A stretch of 64,000 bases of DNA from an uncultured virus (IMG/VR IMGVR_UViG_3300020463_001507) (lineage: Duplodnaviria; Heunggongvirae; Uroviricota; Caudoviricetes). The notes under the pieces are model-generated. The model did no database searches and was not told the origin of the DNA. It saw only the letters and a list, made by a program, of their open reading frames with translations. Both the position numbers and the translations under genes were made by a program. Location: IMG/VR virus record IMGVR_UViG_3300020463_001507; one strand, written 5' to 3'. Positions 46,528 to 57,000 of this stretch are shown here, one piece after another; within the stretch, counting starts at the first letter, position 1, and the number at the start of each line of letters is the position of its first letter.

Positions 46528-49296
46528 TTATTTGTTTGATACAATTACTGTACCTGCTCCTGCGAAGTCACCAACTGTTAAAGTATCTTTACTGTTAAAA
46601 GGAGTATATAAAATTCTATTAGTATTTTCTACTGGAATATATCCTGAAGCACCACTAACAGCAAACATTGCATCTAATGTAGCTTGTGTTGGTTTTGATA
46701 TAACTTTGCTAATAAAATTATTATATAATGCATATCCTAATGGATTATTTGTTTGTACTCCTGCTTGTGTCCTTGAGTTATCGTTCCATTCTGGTGATAA
46801 ACTTCCTCCTGAAATGTATACAGTTATATACTCCCACATTGCAAAAATTAACAAGTATTGATATTCTCTTGCAATAGCGGCATAATATCCATTATAACTT
46901 AATGGCGTGATAATGGTATCTGTAATGTAAGCATTTGATGATCCATTTTTAAATGATAAAAATCCCATCACATCGTCAATGTTAATGACGCCATTGTTAG
47001 TAATATCACCTCTTTTACGACCACCTACTGTTTCATTAAGATATGCAGAATATTTATGTGGTGTACCTTGAGCAACAGCAAGTATTCCTGCGTAAAGTTC
47101 ATCAAGATCTGGTGTTGAATCTGGAGTATATAATCCAGAATATCCTGACACGTCAAATACATTATTGTCAATAGCCTCTTGCATTGCAGTCATTAATGGA
47201 CTGCCTATTTGTCCATTTAGAATATTCATTTCATAAGGGTAAGCATATGGTAATCCGTATTGGCATATTGTATGCAATACGTGTTCAATTACTTCTGTAA
47301 CTTGACTACCAACTGTGTATCCATTCCAATTATCTACTCCGGATCCAGTTGAGTTATTATCGGGATATTCCCAAACATAGTCAACGGCTCTATAAGAATA
47401 TGATGTTTCACTATATCCCGGATAATATGTTTCGGGACTGTTTAATATTGATCTAGTATATTGATCACCGTTAATGTATCCAATTCTTTGAGCAACAGGT
47501 CCTTTCCCCCACGTGTTATCGCCTTTAGTTTCATCAGCCATTGCATCTATTGTAATCATTTGTTTTGATTTGTCTATGCCTGCTGCTTCTGGGTCTAACA
47601 TAAGTTCTATTGTTCGTGCTGTTTTTTCCATAAACGTATTACTGATTCCTTGGAAGGTTTTATCGTAAGGTCCGTGGCCAAGTAGTTTTATACCTCTTAC
47701 ATCTAGTTCTTTTGCAAAAGGTGGCCGGTCATCTATTGTTGTTACTGCTCCAGATGAATAATTTACGCTGTTACCTGTAAGGTGTATACTATCACTATCA
47801 TCCCAGTCATCTTTGGTACCGTTGTTTAATTTATTTTTTGTAGAATTATTTACAATCCATTTCTTAGCTTCAGCAGGTGTCCATTGTGGATTTTGTTCTA
47901 GAGCAGTGGCTAATAATCCAGCCACGTTAGGAGAAGCCATACTAGTGCCAGAAATTTTAAATATGTATTGACTAGCATCTAGCAAATGATTTTGCCTATT
48001 TCCTAAACCGTCAGCTAGATTGTTTGTTCCACTAGCGTTATCATTAGAACTAGCACTCATTATTTGTACGCCAGGAGCATAAATGTTTACACCAGGACCG
48101 CAACAACTGCTTCCTGCTTTGTTTTCTAAATTACTTGTATAGTCAAGGTCTATACTGCCTACTATAAATGCTTCTTCATCAAACGGACTAGCACCCTGAT
48201 GGTAATATTTGAAACTGGCAAAGCCAAACTTGGCGTAGTTATTATAATCTTGACCATTAGAATTATCTATATAAAAGTAACTATTTCCTGCCGCGATACA
48301 AATGTGTATTCCTGCATCAAGCATTTCTTGGACGTCAGTATCTACACTAGCTACTCGAGAGTTGAATCTTCTAGAGCCACTTATCTTTTGTATAATACCT
48401 GCATTTTGATACAGTTCTGACTCGCTTGCATAGCCAGAATCTCCGTATGACCATGATGTGCCTCTATAGACGCCTTCAGATGGCTCTGAAAATGTTGTAT
48501 AACCGTACCCCCAGCTCATATTTACAACTGTGGGCCTTTTGTATCCTGTTGCAGGATCAATAGGTTTATTATTATGCCAACCTTTGATAACATCGAAACA
48601 ATTTGTTACACTTATTCCTGTACCACTATCACCTGTGCCTTCAAGTCCTGAAACTTTTACAGCATATATTCTTGCATCTTTCGCCCAACCCATTGTGCGT
48701 CCAACGGCTGTGCCTGCAACATGTGTTCCATGACCGTCATAATCTCTATAATGGTTTGCACTCTGTGTACCAGATACACCACTTTCTGTGAACCAATCTA
48801 TTTGTTGTATTCTTGATACACCATTGCTATCTGTAAATTCAATATGTCCTACATCTATACCTGAATCTTGTATTACAACGTCTACCCCTTTGCCTGTTAA
48901 GTTATAATTAAATGGTAATGTTGTTTCGATTACACTAGGACCCCATACATCATCTCGATGTATGCCTCTCATCATTCCCCAGTTCAAATCATTCTGAGAA
49001 TCTGCACTTGTTTTCCTCCATGAGCCAAACTGTTGTGCATGTAATCCAATATCAATGTCATCTCTGTCTTCAGGTTTTAATTCTACACCATATACTCTGC
49101 TGTCACTTTTCAAAGTTTCTGCTTCTGCATCTGTCAACATATAATGAGTATTACGCTGACTTAAAGGTCTAGCGTTTTCTACTGCTACTGTTCTATTGGG
49201 AATATCTCCTGCACCTGTTGATGCAATCATCTCAGAATTAAAGGCGTCATAGTCAACGCCTCGATTAAGACTTACAATGTATTCTTTTTCCGCCAT
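46528..49296 (-). CDS. virion-associated subtilisin-like (S8) serine protease with inserted domains
   Basis: Catalytic triad QDSG / GHGTHVAG / SGTSMASP; oxyanion AAGN; I9-like prodomain. Confidence 0.9.
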   Translation of the reverse strand: MAEKEYIVSLNRGVDYDAFNSEMIASTGAGDIPNRTVAVENARPLSQRNTHYMLTDAEAETLKSDSRVYGVELKPEDRDDIDIGLHAQQFGSWRKTSADSQNDLNWGMMRGIHRDDVWGPSVIETTLPFNYNLTGKGVDVVIQDSGIDVGHIEFTDSNGVSRIQQIDWFTESGVSGTQSANHYRDYDGHGTHVAGTAVGRTMGWAKDARIYAVKVSGLEGTGDSGTGISVTNCFDVIKGWHNNKPIDPATGYKRPTVVNMSWGYGYTTFSEPSEGVYRGTSWSYGDSGYASESELYQNAGIIQKISGSRRFNSRVASVDTDVQEMLDAGIHICIAAGNSYFYIDNSNGQDYNNYAKFGFASFKYYHQGASPFDEEAFIVGSIDLDYTSNLENKAGSSCCGPGVNIYAPGVQIMSASSNDNASGTNNLADGLGNRQNHLLDASQYIFKISGTSMASPNVAGLLATALEQNPQWTPAEAKKWIVNNSTKNKLNNGTKDDWDDSDSIHLTGNSVNYSSGAVTTIDDRPPFAKELDVRGIKLLGHGPYDKTFQGISNTFMEKTARTIELMLDPEAAGIDKSKQMITIDAMADETKGDNTWGKGPVAQRIGYINGDQYTRSILNSPETYYPGYSETSYSYRAVDYVWEYPDNNSTGSGVDNWNGYTVGSQVTEVIEHVLHTICQYGLPYAYPYEMNILNGQIGSPLMTAMQEAIDNNVFDVSGYSGLYTPDSTPDLDELYAGILAVAQGTPHKYSAYLNETVGGRKRGDITNNGVINIDDVMGFLSFKNGSSNAYITDTIITPLSYNGYYAAIAREYQYLLIFAMWEYITVYISGGSLSPEWNDNSRTQAGVQTNNPLGYALYNNFISKVISKPTQATLDAMFAVSGASGYIPVENTNRILYTPFNSKDTLTVGDFAGAGTVIVSNK

Positions 49297-49299
49297 CTA

Positions 49300-49572
49300 T
49301 TATGTCCATGGCCTACCAACAACAAGGGTACCGGCATTATCTACTAAAGCACCTGTGTTACTTGAAGCATTATATCTAGTTGGTAATTGTGATATAGTTA
49401 ATGTATTCCTTGCTCTATAATAATTTTTTGTATTATCCTCAGATCCAGAAATTGAATAATTTTGTGAAGCGGCAGTAACAGTTTTCCCTTGTCTTTTCGC
49501 TCCTGCTATTTCTAGTTTTTTATCCTGTCTAGTTCTTTTAAGTGTTTGTGTTGATATGCCATTTAATGCCAT
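49300..49572 (-). CDS. small tail-associated protein
   Basis: 90 aa with LPTRY and C-terminal GRPW, between fibre genes. Confidence 0.7.
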   Translation of the reverse strand: MALNGISTQTLKRTRQDKKLEIAGAKRQGKTVTAASQNYSISGSEDNTKNYYRARNTLTISQLPTRYNASSNTGALVDNAGTLVVGRPWT

Positions 49573-49581
49573 AATAGTCTC

Positions 49582-51903
49582 CTAAACTATATTGATCGTG
49601 TTGCCCATACCTGAATGTGCAGTACATTGATAATACAATGTTGCTGGTGCGTTCATTGGTACTACAAATGTTAGTGTGCCTGAAGCTATTGTGTTATTAG
49701 TTATTCCATCTGAATAAGCAGATCCGCCGTTGGATACTCTTATTTGGAAAGGATGTCCTGATGCTGAAATAATAAATTTATAAGTTTCCCCTCTCCTTAG
49801 ATATAGAATAGGATCATTTACATTACTTAAAAACCATTTGCTATCTTGTGCGAATGTATAATCACTTGCACCGTTATTAGATACTGTAAATGTATTTTGT
49901 ACCGAGCCGCCAAATGTTCCTGCTATAGTTCCTGTAAATGAAGGATCAGTAAACATAGTTGCTTTAGATTGATTATCTACATTACTTAATCCAACCATAG
50001 ACTTTGTTACACCACTTACTGTGCCTGCAAAACTTGGGTCAGTAAACATAGTAGTTTTAGATTCGTTTGTTACATTGCCTAGGCCAACCATTGCCGAAGA
50101 AATACCGTTTACTGTTCCTGTAAATGTTGGACTTGCAAGTGTAGCAAATCCTGCTCCGTTAGTAAGTTGATTTGTATTTGTAGGAATATCAGAACTTAGT
50201 GCTTGTGATACCCATGCACTTCCGTTATATACTTGAGTCTTGTTAGTGTTAGAATTGTAAATAACATCACCAGCTGAAGCAGATAAAGCATCTCTTTCAG
50301 TGGTAGTTGCATTTAATAATCTAAGTGTTCCGTTTTTAATAATTACTGCACCATTTGCAAATAATTCTAAATTAGTTGCTGAACGTATCTCTGGTAAGCC
50401 TGCTGATGTGCTTATAAATTCTGTTGCTGTTATAGTATTGTTTACGACTAAATCATTTTGTACAGTAAGATCAGATTGGACCGTCATCGAAGGAATAACT
50501 GTAATTCCACTTGAATCATCAGTATCTATATTACTTGAAGAAAATGTAAAGTTACCAGTACTTCCGCCTCCTCCTCCGCCTGTATTTTCAACCCAGGCAT
50601 AATCAGTGCCAGACCAACTTAGAACATATCCGCCTGTAGGATTAGATTGATTTAAATGTGCATCAATAGCCGCATTTAAGCCAGATGTGGTTTGGTAATC
50701 ACTTAAGGCACTTTCGTTGGCAAGAGGTAGCCATACACCGCCATGAGCAAAATATGCTTTGCCTGTCGCATGTACGTGTGCAAACATACCGTGATAGGTT
50801 GTTGCGTTAGGTAAATCAACTAGGTTATCATACTTGTTTGAAAATAATATTTTTCCTGTAGTTGTAATGTTAAATGCTTGTCCATCTAAATCTCCACCAA
50901 GTTGTGGTGTTGTATCATTTACAACATCAGTTAATGAAGCACTTGCTGTAATTGTTAATGTGTCTCCTGATACTGCTGTTGTTATTCCAGTACCTCCAGC
51001 TATTTTAAATGTTTCGCTACCGTCTACTGCTGTACCTGTAGAATCATCGCCTACAAAAGTAATAGAGCCACTGCTACCTGTATCACTAGCATTAGTCCAT
51101 TTAGCACCGTCATATTTTAATACTTGTCCTACTTGTGGATTAGCATATGTTACATCACCTGAATTGTTAAGCGAGGTTATGTTTAGATTGTATAAAACAA
51201 CACCATCTAAGCTAGGTAACTTTCCATTTGCATCTAATTGCACAATCTGGTTTGCACCTGTACCTACATTAACATTTAAAGTACCAGCACCTGTAATAGT
51301 ACCTCCTGTTAAGCCTGTGCCTCCTGTGACACTTGTAACAGTACCTGTACCTGATGCAGTTATAGGCTTCCAATAGCTGTTTGTGTTATCCCAAGAAAGT
51401 AATTGTCCATCTGTAGGAGTTGCATTATTTACATTTGCTAAATCTGCTAGATTAGATGCGCCTGTAAGTGCATCTGTTATTCCATACCCAGCTACAGTTG
51501 TAGGTTTAGTAGTTAAACTAGCAAAAGTTCCTGCCGTAGCAACAGGAGCAAAGTTTGGAACATTGGTTAAACTTGTATACTTTCCATCAAATCCGTCAGT
51601 GATACCATAACCTGAAAGCGTTGTTGGTTTATTTGTAATAGTTGCAAAACTAGTCCCAGTTAATAAATTTTGTGTGTCAGTAAGTTCGTTAACGTCTGAT
51701 GGTATGTTTGGTTTATTTGTTAAGTCTGTATAAGATCCACTAAACGGAGTTAAAACTGTACCAGCTAAAATAAGTTGTGTAGTTTCAACAAATGTTGCAT
51801 TTCTTACGCCACCGTTTGCAAGGTCTAAGCTGTCACCATTTGGCAGTTCCTTAAGACGGTTGTTGTCATTTGTATCAAGTATAATTGGAAATCTATTTGC
51901 CAT
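49582..51903 (-). CDS. tail fibre protein with a C-terminal cupredoxin-like domain
   Basis: KPTTxxGYGITD and GLxNVxNxSK repeats; C-terminal GHPF...YYQCTAHSGMG. Confidence 0.8.
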   Translation of the reverse strand: MANRFPIILDTNDNNRLKELPNGDSLDLANGGVRNATFVETTQLILAGTVLTPFSGSYTDLTNKPNIPSDVNELTDTQNLLTGTSFATITNKPTTLSGYGITDGFDGKYTSLTNVPNFAPVATAGTFASLTTKPTTVAGYGITDALTGASNLADLANVNNATPTDGQLLSWDNTNSYWKPITASGTGTVTSVTGGTGLTGGTITGAGTLNVNVGTGANQIVQLDANGKLPSLDGVVLYNLNITSLNNSGDVTYANPQVGQVLKYDGAKWTNASDTGSSGSITFVGDDSTGTAVDGSETFKIAGGTGITTAVSGDTLTITASASLTDVVNDTTPQLGGDLDGQAFNITTTGKILFSNKYDNLVDLPNATTYHGMFAHVHATGKAYFAHGGVWLPLANESALSDYQTTSGLNAAIDAHLNQSNPTGGYVLSWSGTDYAWVENTGGGGGGSTGNFTFSSSNIDTDDSSGITVIPSMTVQSDLTVQNDLVVNNTITATEFISTSAGLPEIRSATNLELFANGAVIIKNGTLRLLNATTTERDALSASAGDVIYNSNTNKTQVYNGSAWVSQALSSDIPTNTNQLTNGAGFATLASPTFTGTVNGISSAMVGLGNVTNESKTTMFTDPSFAGTVSGVTKSMVGLSNVDNQSKATMFTDPSFTGTIAGTFGGSVQNTFTVSNNGASDYTFAQDSKWFLSNVNDPILYLRRGETYKFIISASGHPFQIRVSNGGSAYSDGITNNTIASGTLTFVVPMNAPATLYYQCTAHSGMGNTINIV

Positions 51904-51956
51904 TAGTTACATCCTGTTTCTTATATTTATCGTATCTCATACTAGTGCCGCCTCCG

Positions 51957-54026
51957 TTAAACTATTCCGCTTAATGCTGTACGCTTCCAGCCAGATGCTG
52001 TTTTTATATACAAGTAGTTGTCATCATATCTTATTTCGCCTGTGTCACCTGCATCAGCATTTCCTGTCGGTGGTGTTGCTGTTGTTGCAACAATCTTTGC
52101 ATTGATTGTATCTGAATGTGTTACTTGACCTGATGTAGCATCGTACTGTAAATGTGTTGTGCCGGCTAAATTTAAAATTGGTGTAATTACTAGACTACTT
52201 GCTGTTGTGTTGTTTACTTCTGTACCAGTTGCATTGATTACAATCGAGTTTGCGGCTTGGTTAGTCTTTCCAGCACCTTCACCTATCGCGATTGAAAGGG
52301 TTCCTTGTCCAGATGCTCCTGCGTTTTGGCCAATCGCGATACCATCCGTGCCTTGGCTGGTACCACCAGCGTTGTATCCGATTGCAACACCTGAGCCACC
52401 TTGTGATGTCTGGCCAGCCTGCATTCCTATCGCCACTGTGTAAACACCTTGGTTAGTCTCACCTGCCTGTTCACCAACTGCCACACCGTGTTGGCCTTGT
52501 GATGTCTGACCAGCCTCTTTACCAATTGCTACAGTATTGGCACCTTGAGTTGTTTCACCTGCTTCGTTACCAATTGCTACTGCGTATTGTCCTTGAGTAG
52601 TTTTACCTGCTTGATAGCCTACTGCGGTACTATACATGCCTTGGTTAGTTTTACCAGAGGATAAACCAACTGCTACTGAACTTGTACCTTGTCCACTTTC
52701 ACCTGCACTATCGCCAATTGCTACTGCGGCTGTGTCTTGATTCTCTTTACCTGCTTGAAAACCTACTGCTACTGTTGTATTGCCTTGATTGGTTTGACCT
52801 GCTTCATGACCAAGTGCAATACTAAATTCACTTGTTCTTAAACTTGTTGTATCTACTGCACCAACAATCTTATTGTTGTTACCATCAACTAGTAATGTAC
52901 TATCATCTCCAAACACACTACCTGTGACTTCACCGTCAAATGCACCTGTGTGTGCATCAGTAATTCCGTAACCTGCTACTGTAGTTGGTTTGCCTGTCAA
53001 ACTTGCGAATGTTTGTGCTGGTACACTTGTTAAGTATCCTGCAACACTATGATCGCCCCAACTATATGCTGTGTTCCAATTAGTTGCTTCTGTGCCCGAA
53101 ACAACTGAACTAGGTATTATGTTGGCAACAGCGTCTACTAGTAGAGTACTATCATCACCAAACACACTACCTGTTATATCACCGTCAACGCTATCAGCTA
53201 CAACACCAGTAAGATTATTAATGAATGTACTTGTAATTCTTGCATCAATATCTGCGTTTGCAAGTGTGCTAGAATAATATTTGTTTGAAGCACCTTCAGT
53301 TAATTGGTCTGTATTTTTTGCTGATAATCTAGTATCAAATCTAGCATCAGTATAATATAAATTTCCTGGACCTTCAATTAATTCAGCAGTAGTATTATTT
53401 GTTAATATTACTTTATTGTTATTGCCATCTACTATTAATGAACTATCATCACCAAATATACTGCCTGTAATGTCACCGTCAACGTTACCTGTTAAGTTAC
53501 CTGTAACGTTACCAACTACTGCTCCAGTATGTGTACCATTTGTATCTCCTGTTACGTTAGCAAACACAGGACCAACAATACGTCCGTTTACACCATCTAC
53601 TAACATTGTACTATTGTCTGCAAATACACTACCAGTTACATCACCAATCATCGGACCATATAATGTGCCTGTTAACCCATCCATCATTAATTTTGAATCG
53701 TCAGCAAATATACTTCCTACAATATCTTTAGCTTGTACAATATTTCCGCCAACTACTAAATCTCCTGATGCAGATCCACTTAATCTAACGCCATTAATAA
53801 AAATAAAATCTTTAACATATAGTTCAGACCAACGTTTTGTACTTGATCCTAAACTAATTACATTATCAGTTCTCGGAATTATACTAGTTGTAAAATCTGT
53901 TGTGTCAGTAAATGTACCACTGTAAAGTTCATCAAAGTTATCGTTTACTTTAGAAAAAGCTGTACGTAACGGATCGCCATCACCTTTGTTTTGTGACTTA
54001 CCAATATTAATTATTTTCTTTGCCAT
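51957..54026 (-). CDS. tail fibre or adhesin with YadA-like head repeats
   Basis: gp9/10-like N-terminus; five GSxFxD[DN]S repeats; twelve 16-aa AIG/AVG repeats; C-terminal DDNYLYI..WKR. Confidence 0.82.
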   Translation of the reverse strand: MAKKIINIGKSQNKGDGDPLRTAFSKVNDNFDELYSGTFTDTTDFTTSIIPRTDNVISLGSSTKRWSELYVKDFIFINGVRLSGSASGDLVVGGNIVQAKDIVGSIFADDSKLMMDGLTGTLYGPMIGDVTGSVFADNSTMLVDGVNGRIVGPVFANVTGDTNGTHTGAVVGNVTGNLTGNVDGDITGSIFGDDSSLIVDGNNNKVILTNNTTAELIEGPGNLYYTDARFDTRLSAKNTDQLTEGASNKYYSSTLANADIDARITSTFINNLTGVVADSVDGDITGSVFGDDSTLLVDAVANIIPSSVVSGTEATNWNTAYSWGDHSVAGYLTSVPAQTFASLTGKPTTVAGYGITDAHTGAFDGEVTGSVFGDDSTLLVDGNNNKIVGAVDTTSLRTSEFSIALGHEAGQTNQGNTTVAVGFQAGKENQDTAAVAIGDSAGESGQGTSSVAVGLSSGKTNQGMYSTAVGYQAGKTTQGQYAVAIGNEAGETTQGANTVAIGKEAGQTSQGQHGVAVGEQAGETNQGVYTVAIGMQAGQTSQGGSGVAIGYNAGGTSQGTDGIAIGQNAGASGQGTLSIAIGEGAGKTNQAANSIVINATGTEVNNTTASSLVITPILNLAGTTHLQYDATSGQVTHSDTINAKIVATTATPPTGNADAGDTGEIRYDDNYLYIKTASGWKRTALSGIV
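52257..52830 (-). repeat. degenerate 48-bp coding tandem repeat (about 12 copies)
   Basis: Translates to (G)xxxVAIGxxAGxTxQ units. Confidence 0.8.
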
Positions 54027-57000
54027 TATATTTTCCCTACGATAATTTCAATAGTACCTTTGCCACTATCTGCTTTATTTTCTAATGCCTTACCTATTAT
54101 GGTTCCTGGGTTAGGATTATTGTTTACTACCGCATGTCCTGGAACACCACTTGCTACTAACATATCACCTTTGGCAATTAGTCCAATAACCTTACAAGGC
54201 ACTCTACCTGTCATTGCAACATCTGTTGGATGTGTACCTTCTAGTTCTGAGTTCATTAAGTAAGCAGGATTAGTTGATACAACACCTACTACCCTATGAT
54301 CGTCTTTAGTAGATGTTACAGTAATTTCTTCTGTACCCCCTAGTACAACAACAGTACCTGCTTCATATGCTTCATCGGCCAAATACTTTTCTGCCAAGTC
54401 TGCATATCTTGCTGTAGTAGCTGTACCTGAAAATGTTGTAGCATATACTGTGTTAAATTTAAGAGGAGTGCCTCCTCCTTGACCTAAGTTAATTGTATTA
54501 TCTGCATTAGGTAAAATGTTTGCATTTACTCTACCATTAATAGTTACTGTATCTGATCCATCTGAACCAAGTGTTGTATTACCATCTACTTGTAAAGCAT
54601 TTGTAACCTTAGTAAGTGTATCTGCTACTTGTACTCTAACAGCACCACCAGTAACAATCTGGATAACATCTGCTGCCGCATCAGTAAATCCTGTGCCAGC
54701 ACCTAATCCAATACCAGTACCAGTTGCGTCTCTTTCTCCGTTTGCTTCAATAAAGTTAGTGTAAATCCAATCAGTTGCTACAAATGACTCTCCTGTATAA
54801 CTAGAACCTGCATGGAATGTTGACTCTGTGCTTATATTAGTTTCACCAACATCTAAGTTTCCAGGAATTTTAACAATAGGATAAGTTACAGTTGGTGTAA
54901 CACTTCCGCCCACTGCTGTTAGTATTGTACCCTGTGCTGGAGTTTTAAATGTTAGTGTACCCGAAGCTTCTGATAAAATTTCATATGTATCAGTACCACC
55001 AATGATATAACTGTTAGCTTGAATAGCTCCTGTTGTTTTTCTCCTAGCAATAGTATCACCAGTTGATGCAGTTGAAATAACACTAACACCGTAATTTCCT
55101 GCTGAAAGTTTTATAAGGGCTGATCCTGGAAAACCAGTATCACCAGACACTACTGTATTAGTGAAGTCACTATCAACTAAACCACCACCAGCAGTTAATG
55201 CATTTGCAAATGAAATTTCCTCAACGGATCCTGTACCAGCAGTAGTCCTACCTAACACATTACCTGTGTTAATATTTGTAAGTTCTGCAACAGCAATTCC
55301 TCCGTCTTTGATTCTTACAAATCCGTCACTAGTCTCAAAGTTTTCATCACTGAATTTTGCTAATCCTAAATCTGCCTGTGTTTTTGTAGCAGAACCGCTG
55401 TATCCATTAGTTGCATCATCTTCATCAAATGTGTTTGCTGATTGCAGAGATAGTTTACTTTGAACAATTCCTGCACTGGTGTTTACATCTGCGTTAACTA
55501 TTACACCAGGAGCAATTTGTAAATCAAATTCTGCATCAGTTGCTGTCCTAGTGGTGTTAAGATTAATATCACTGCTAGATGCTTCTGAAGCGTTAGCCCA
55601 TTCATCAGTTGGAGCTGTCAAAATTGTTGCTGTAGCTGTGCCATTACTTAAAACATCACTTAAACTAAACGCTCCTGCTCCTACAGTATAGGTTACAATA
55701 GTAACACTATAGCCATTACCTACACTACCTAATAGCTGATCTGTTGTATTTTCTAAATCAACTATACTACCATTTATTGCGGCATTGCCATTTATCGTAA
55801 TAGTTTGTCCTACACTCCATGTGCCTCCGCTTGTTGGAGTTATGAAAATTCTTTTCTTGCCTGTTGCAACTAGTAGATCATCTTTGGTTTGGCTGTTAGT
55901 TTCAACACTTCTTAATTTTTTTACTTCATCAAATTCACCAACTCTTGCATCAACATAATTTTTATTTGTTGCTGCTGTACCATCAGTACCAGGATTTGCT
56001 ACACCTGTAATTTGATTGGTTCCCATTACCAGTGCGCCTTCCATCGGAAACGTACCATTTAAAGGAACAAAGCCTTGTCCAATTCTATTACCTGACGGTG
56101 ATGCTTGGACTTGTGAGCCACCTTCAGTACTACCTAGTCTTCTGTTTACATAAGCAACTACTGATTTTTCAGTAGGTACTGCACTAGCTGAAGCATCTGC
56201 CATAGAGTCATCTGCTGAGAATTCGTTGATTGTAACACCTTTGGTAAATCCAAGTGCGTTAGCATTTGATAAGCCAATCTCTCCAGAGAACGTAATTAAT
56301 CCTGTTGCTTGGTCAACACTAAAGAACTTACCTACTCTAAAGAATCCAAATTGGTCAGTACTTACAAAGAATACTCTACCTTTTCGTCTTTCCCAAACTT
56401 GGGCTTTAGAAGCTGTGTTATCAGTTGTATAAAATTCAGCTAAACTATTTTCTGCTTTACCTAAGATAATATTTGGATAGTTTGAATCGTTAAATGATCC
56501 TGTACCAATTTGTGTAAAGTCATGTCCTGTTGCTCTCACAAGTGAAATACTTACTGTAAGTTCTGCTGTTGAATTTGCATTAATACCAAGTTTAAAAGAT
56601 TCTGCTGTTGATGTTGACAAACCGCTGTTTAAGCCAGTACCAGAATAACTCTTGTTAATATTTGTACCTGCTACATCTTGTATTGTAATATACGCAACAG
56701 TAGAATCACTTTCATAATTTGTCACTTGATGCACTTTACCATTGTGTGTAAATAACATTCCTCCTGCATAACCGCCTTCACCAGGTTGTAATCCTGCGAT
56801 GTCCCTAGTTATTCTTGTTATGTCACTGGCTCTAGTAAGTTGTTTGATAGCAATCTTTGTATCACCTTGGGTACTACCATTGCCGCCTACAAGATTAGTA
56901 TCACCAGTTGATTCTATATCAAGTGTCTCAAATGCTGAGTCTAGTGTAGTAAAGATACTATTTGCACCAACTGCTTGTGCATATGGATCTGTATTCTGGA

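Noticed and set aside
52257..52830. Periodic repeat as a CRISPR array
   Set aside because: The repeats are degenerate, in-frame protein repeats without constant direct repeats and unique spacers.
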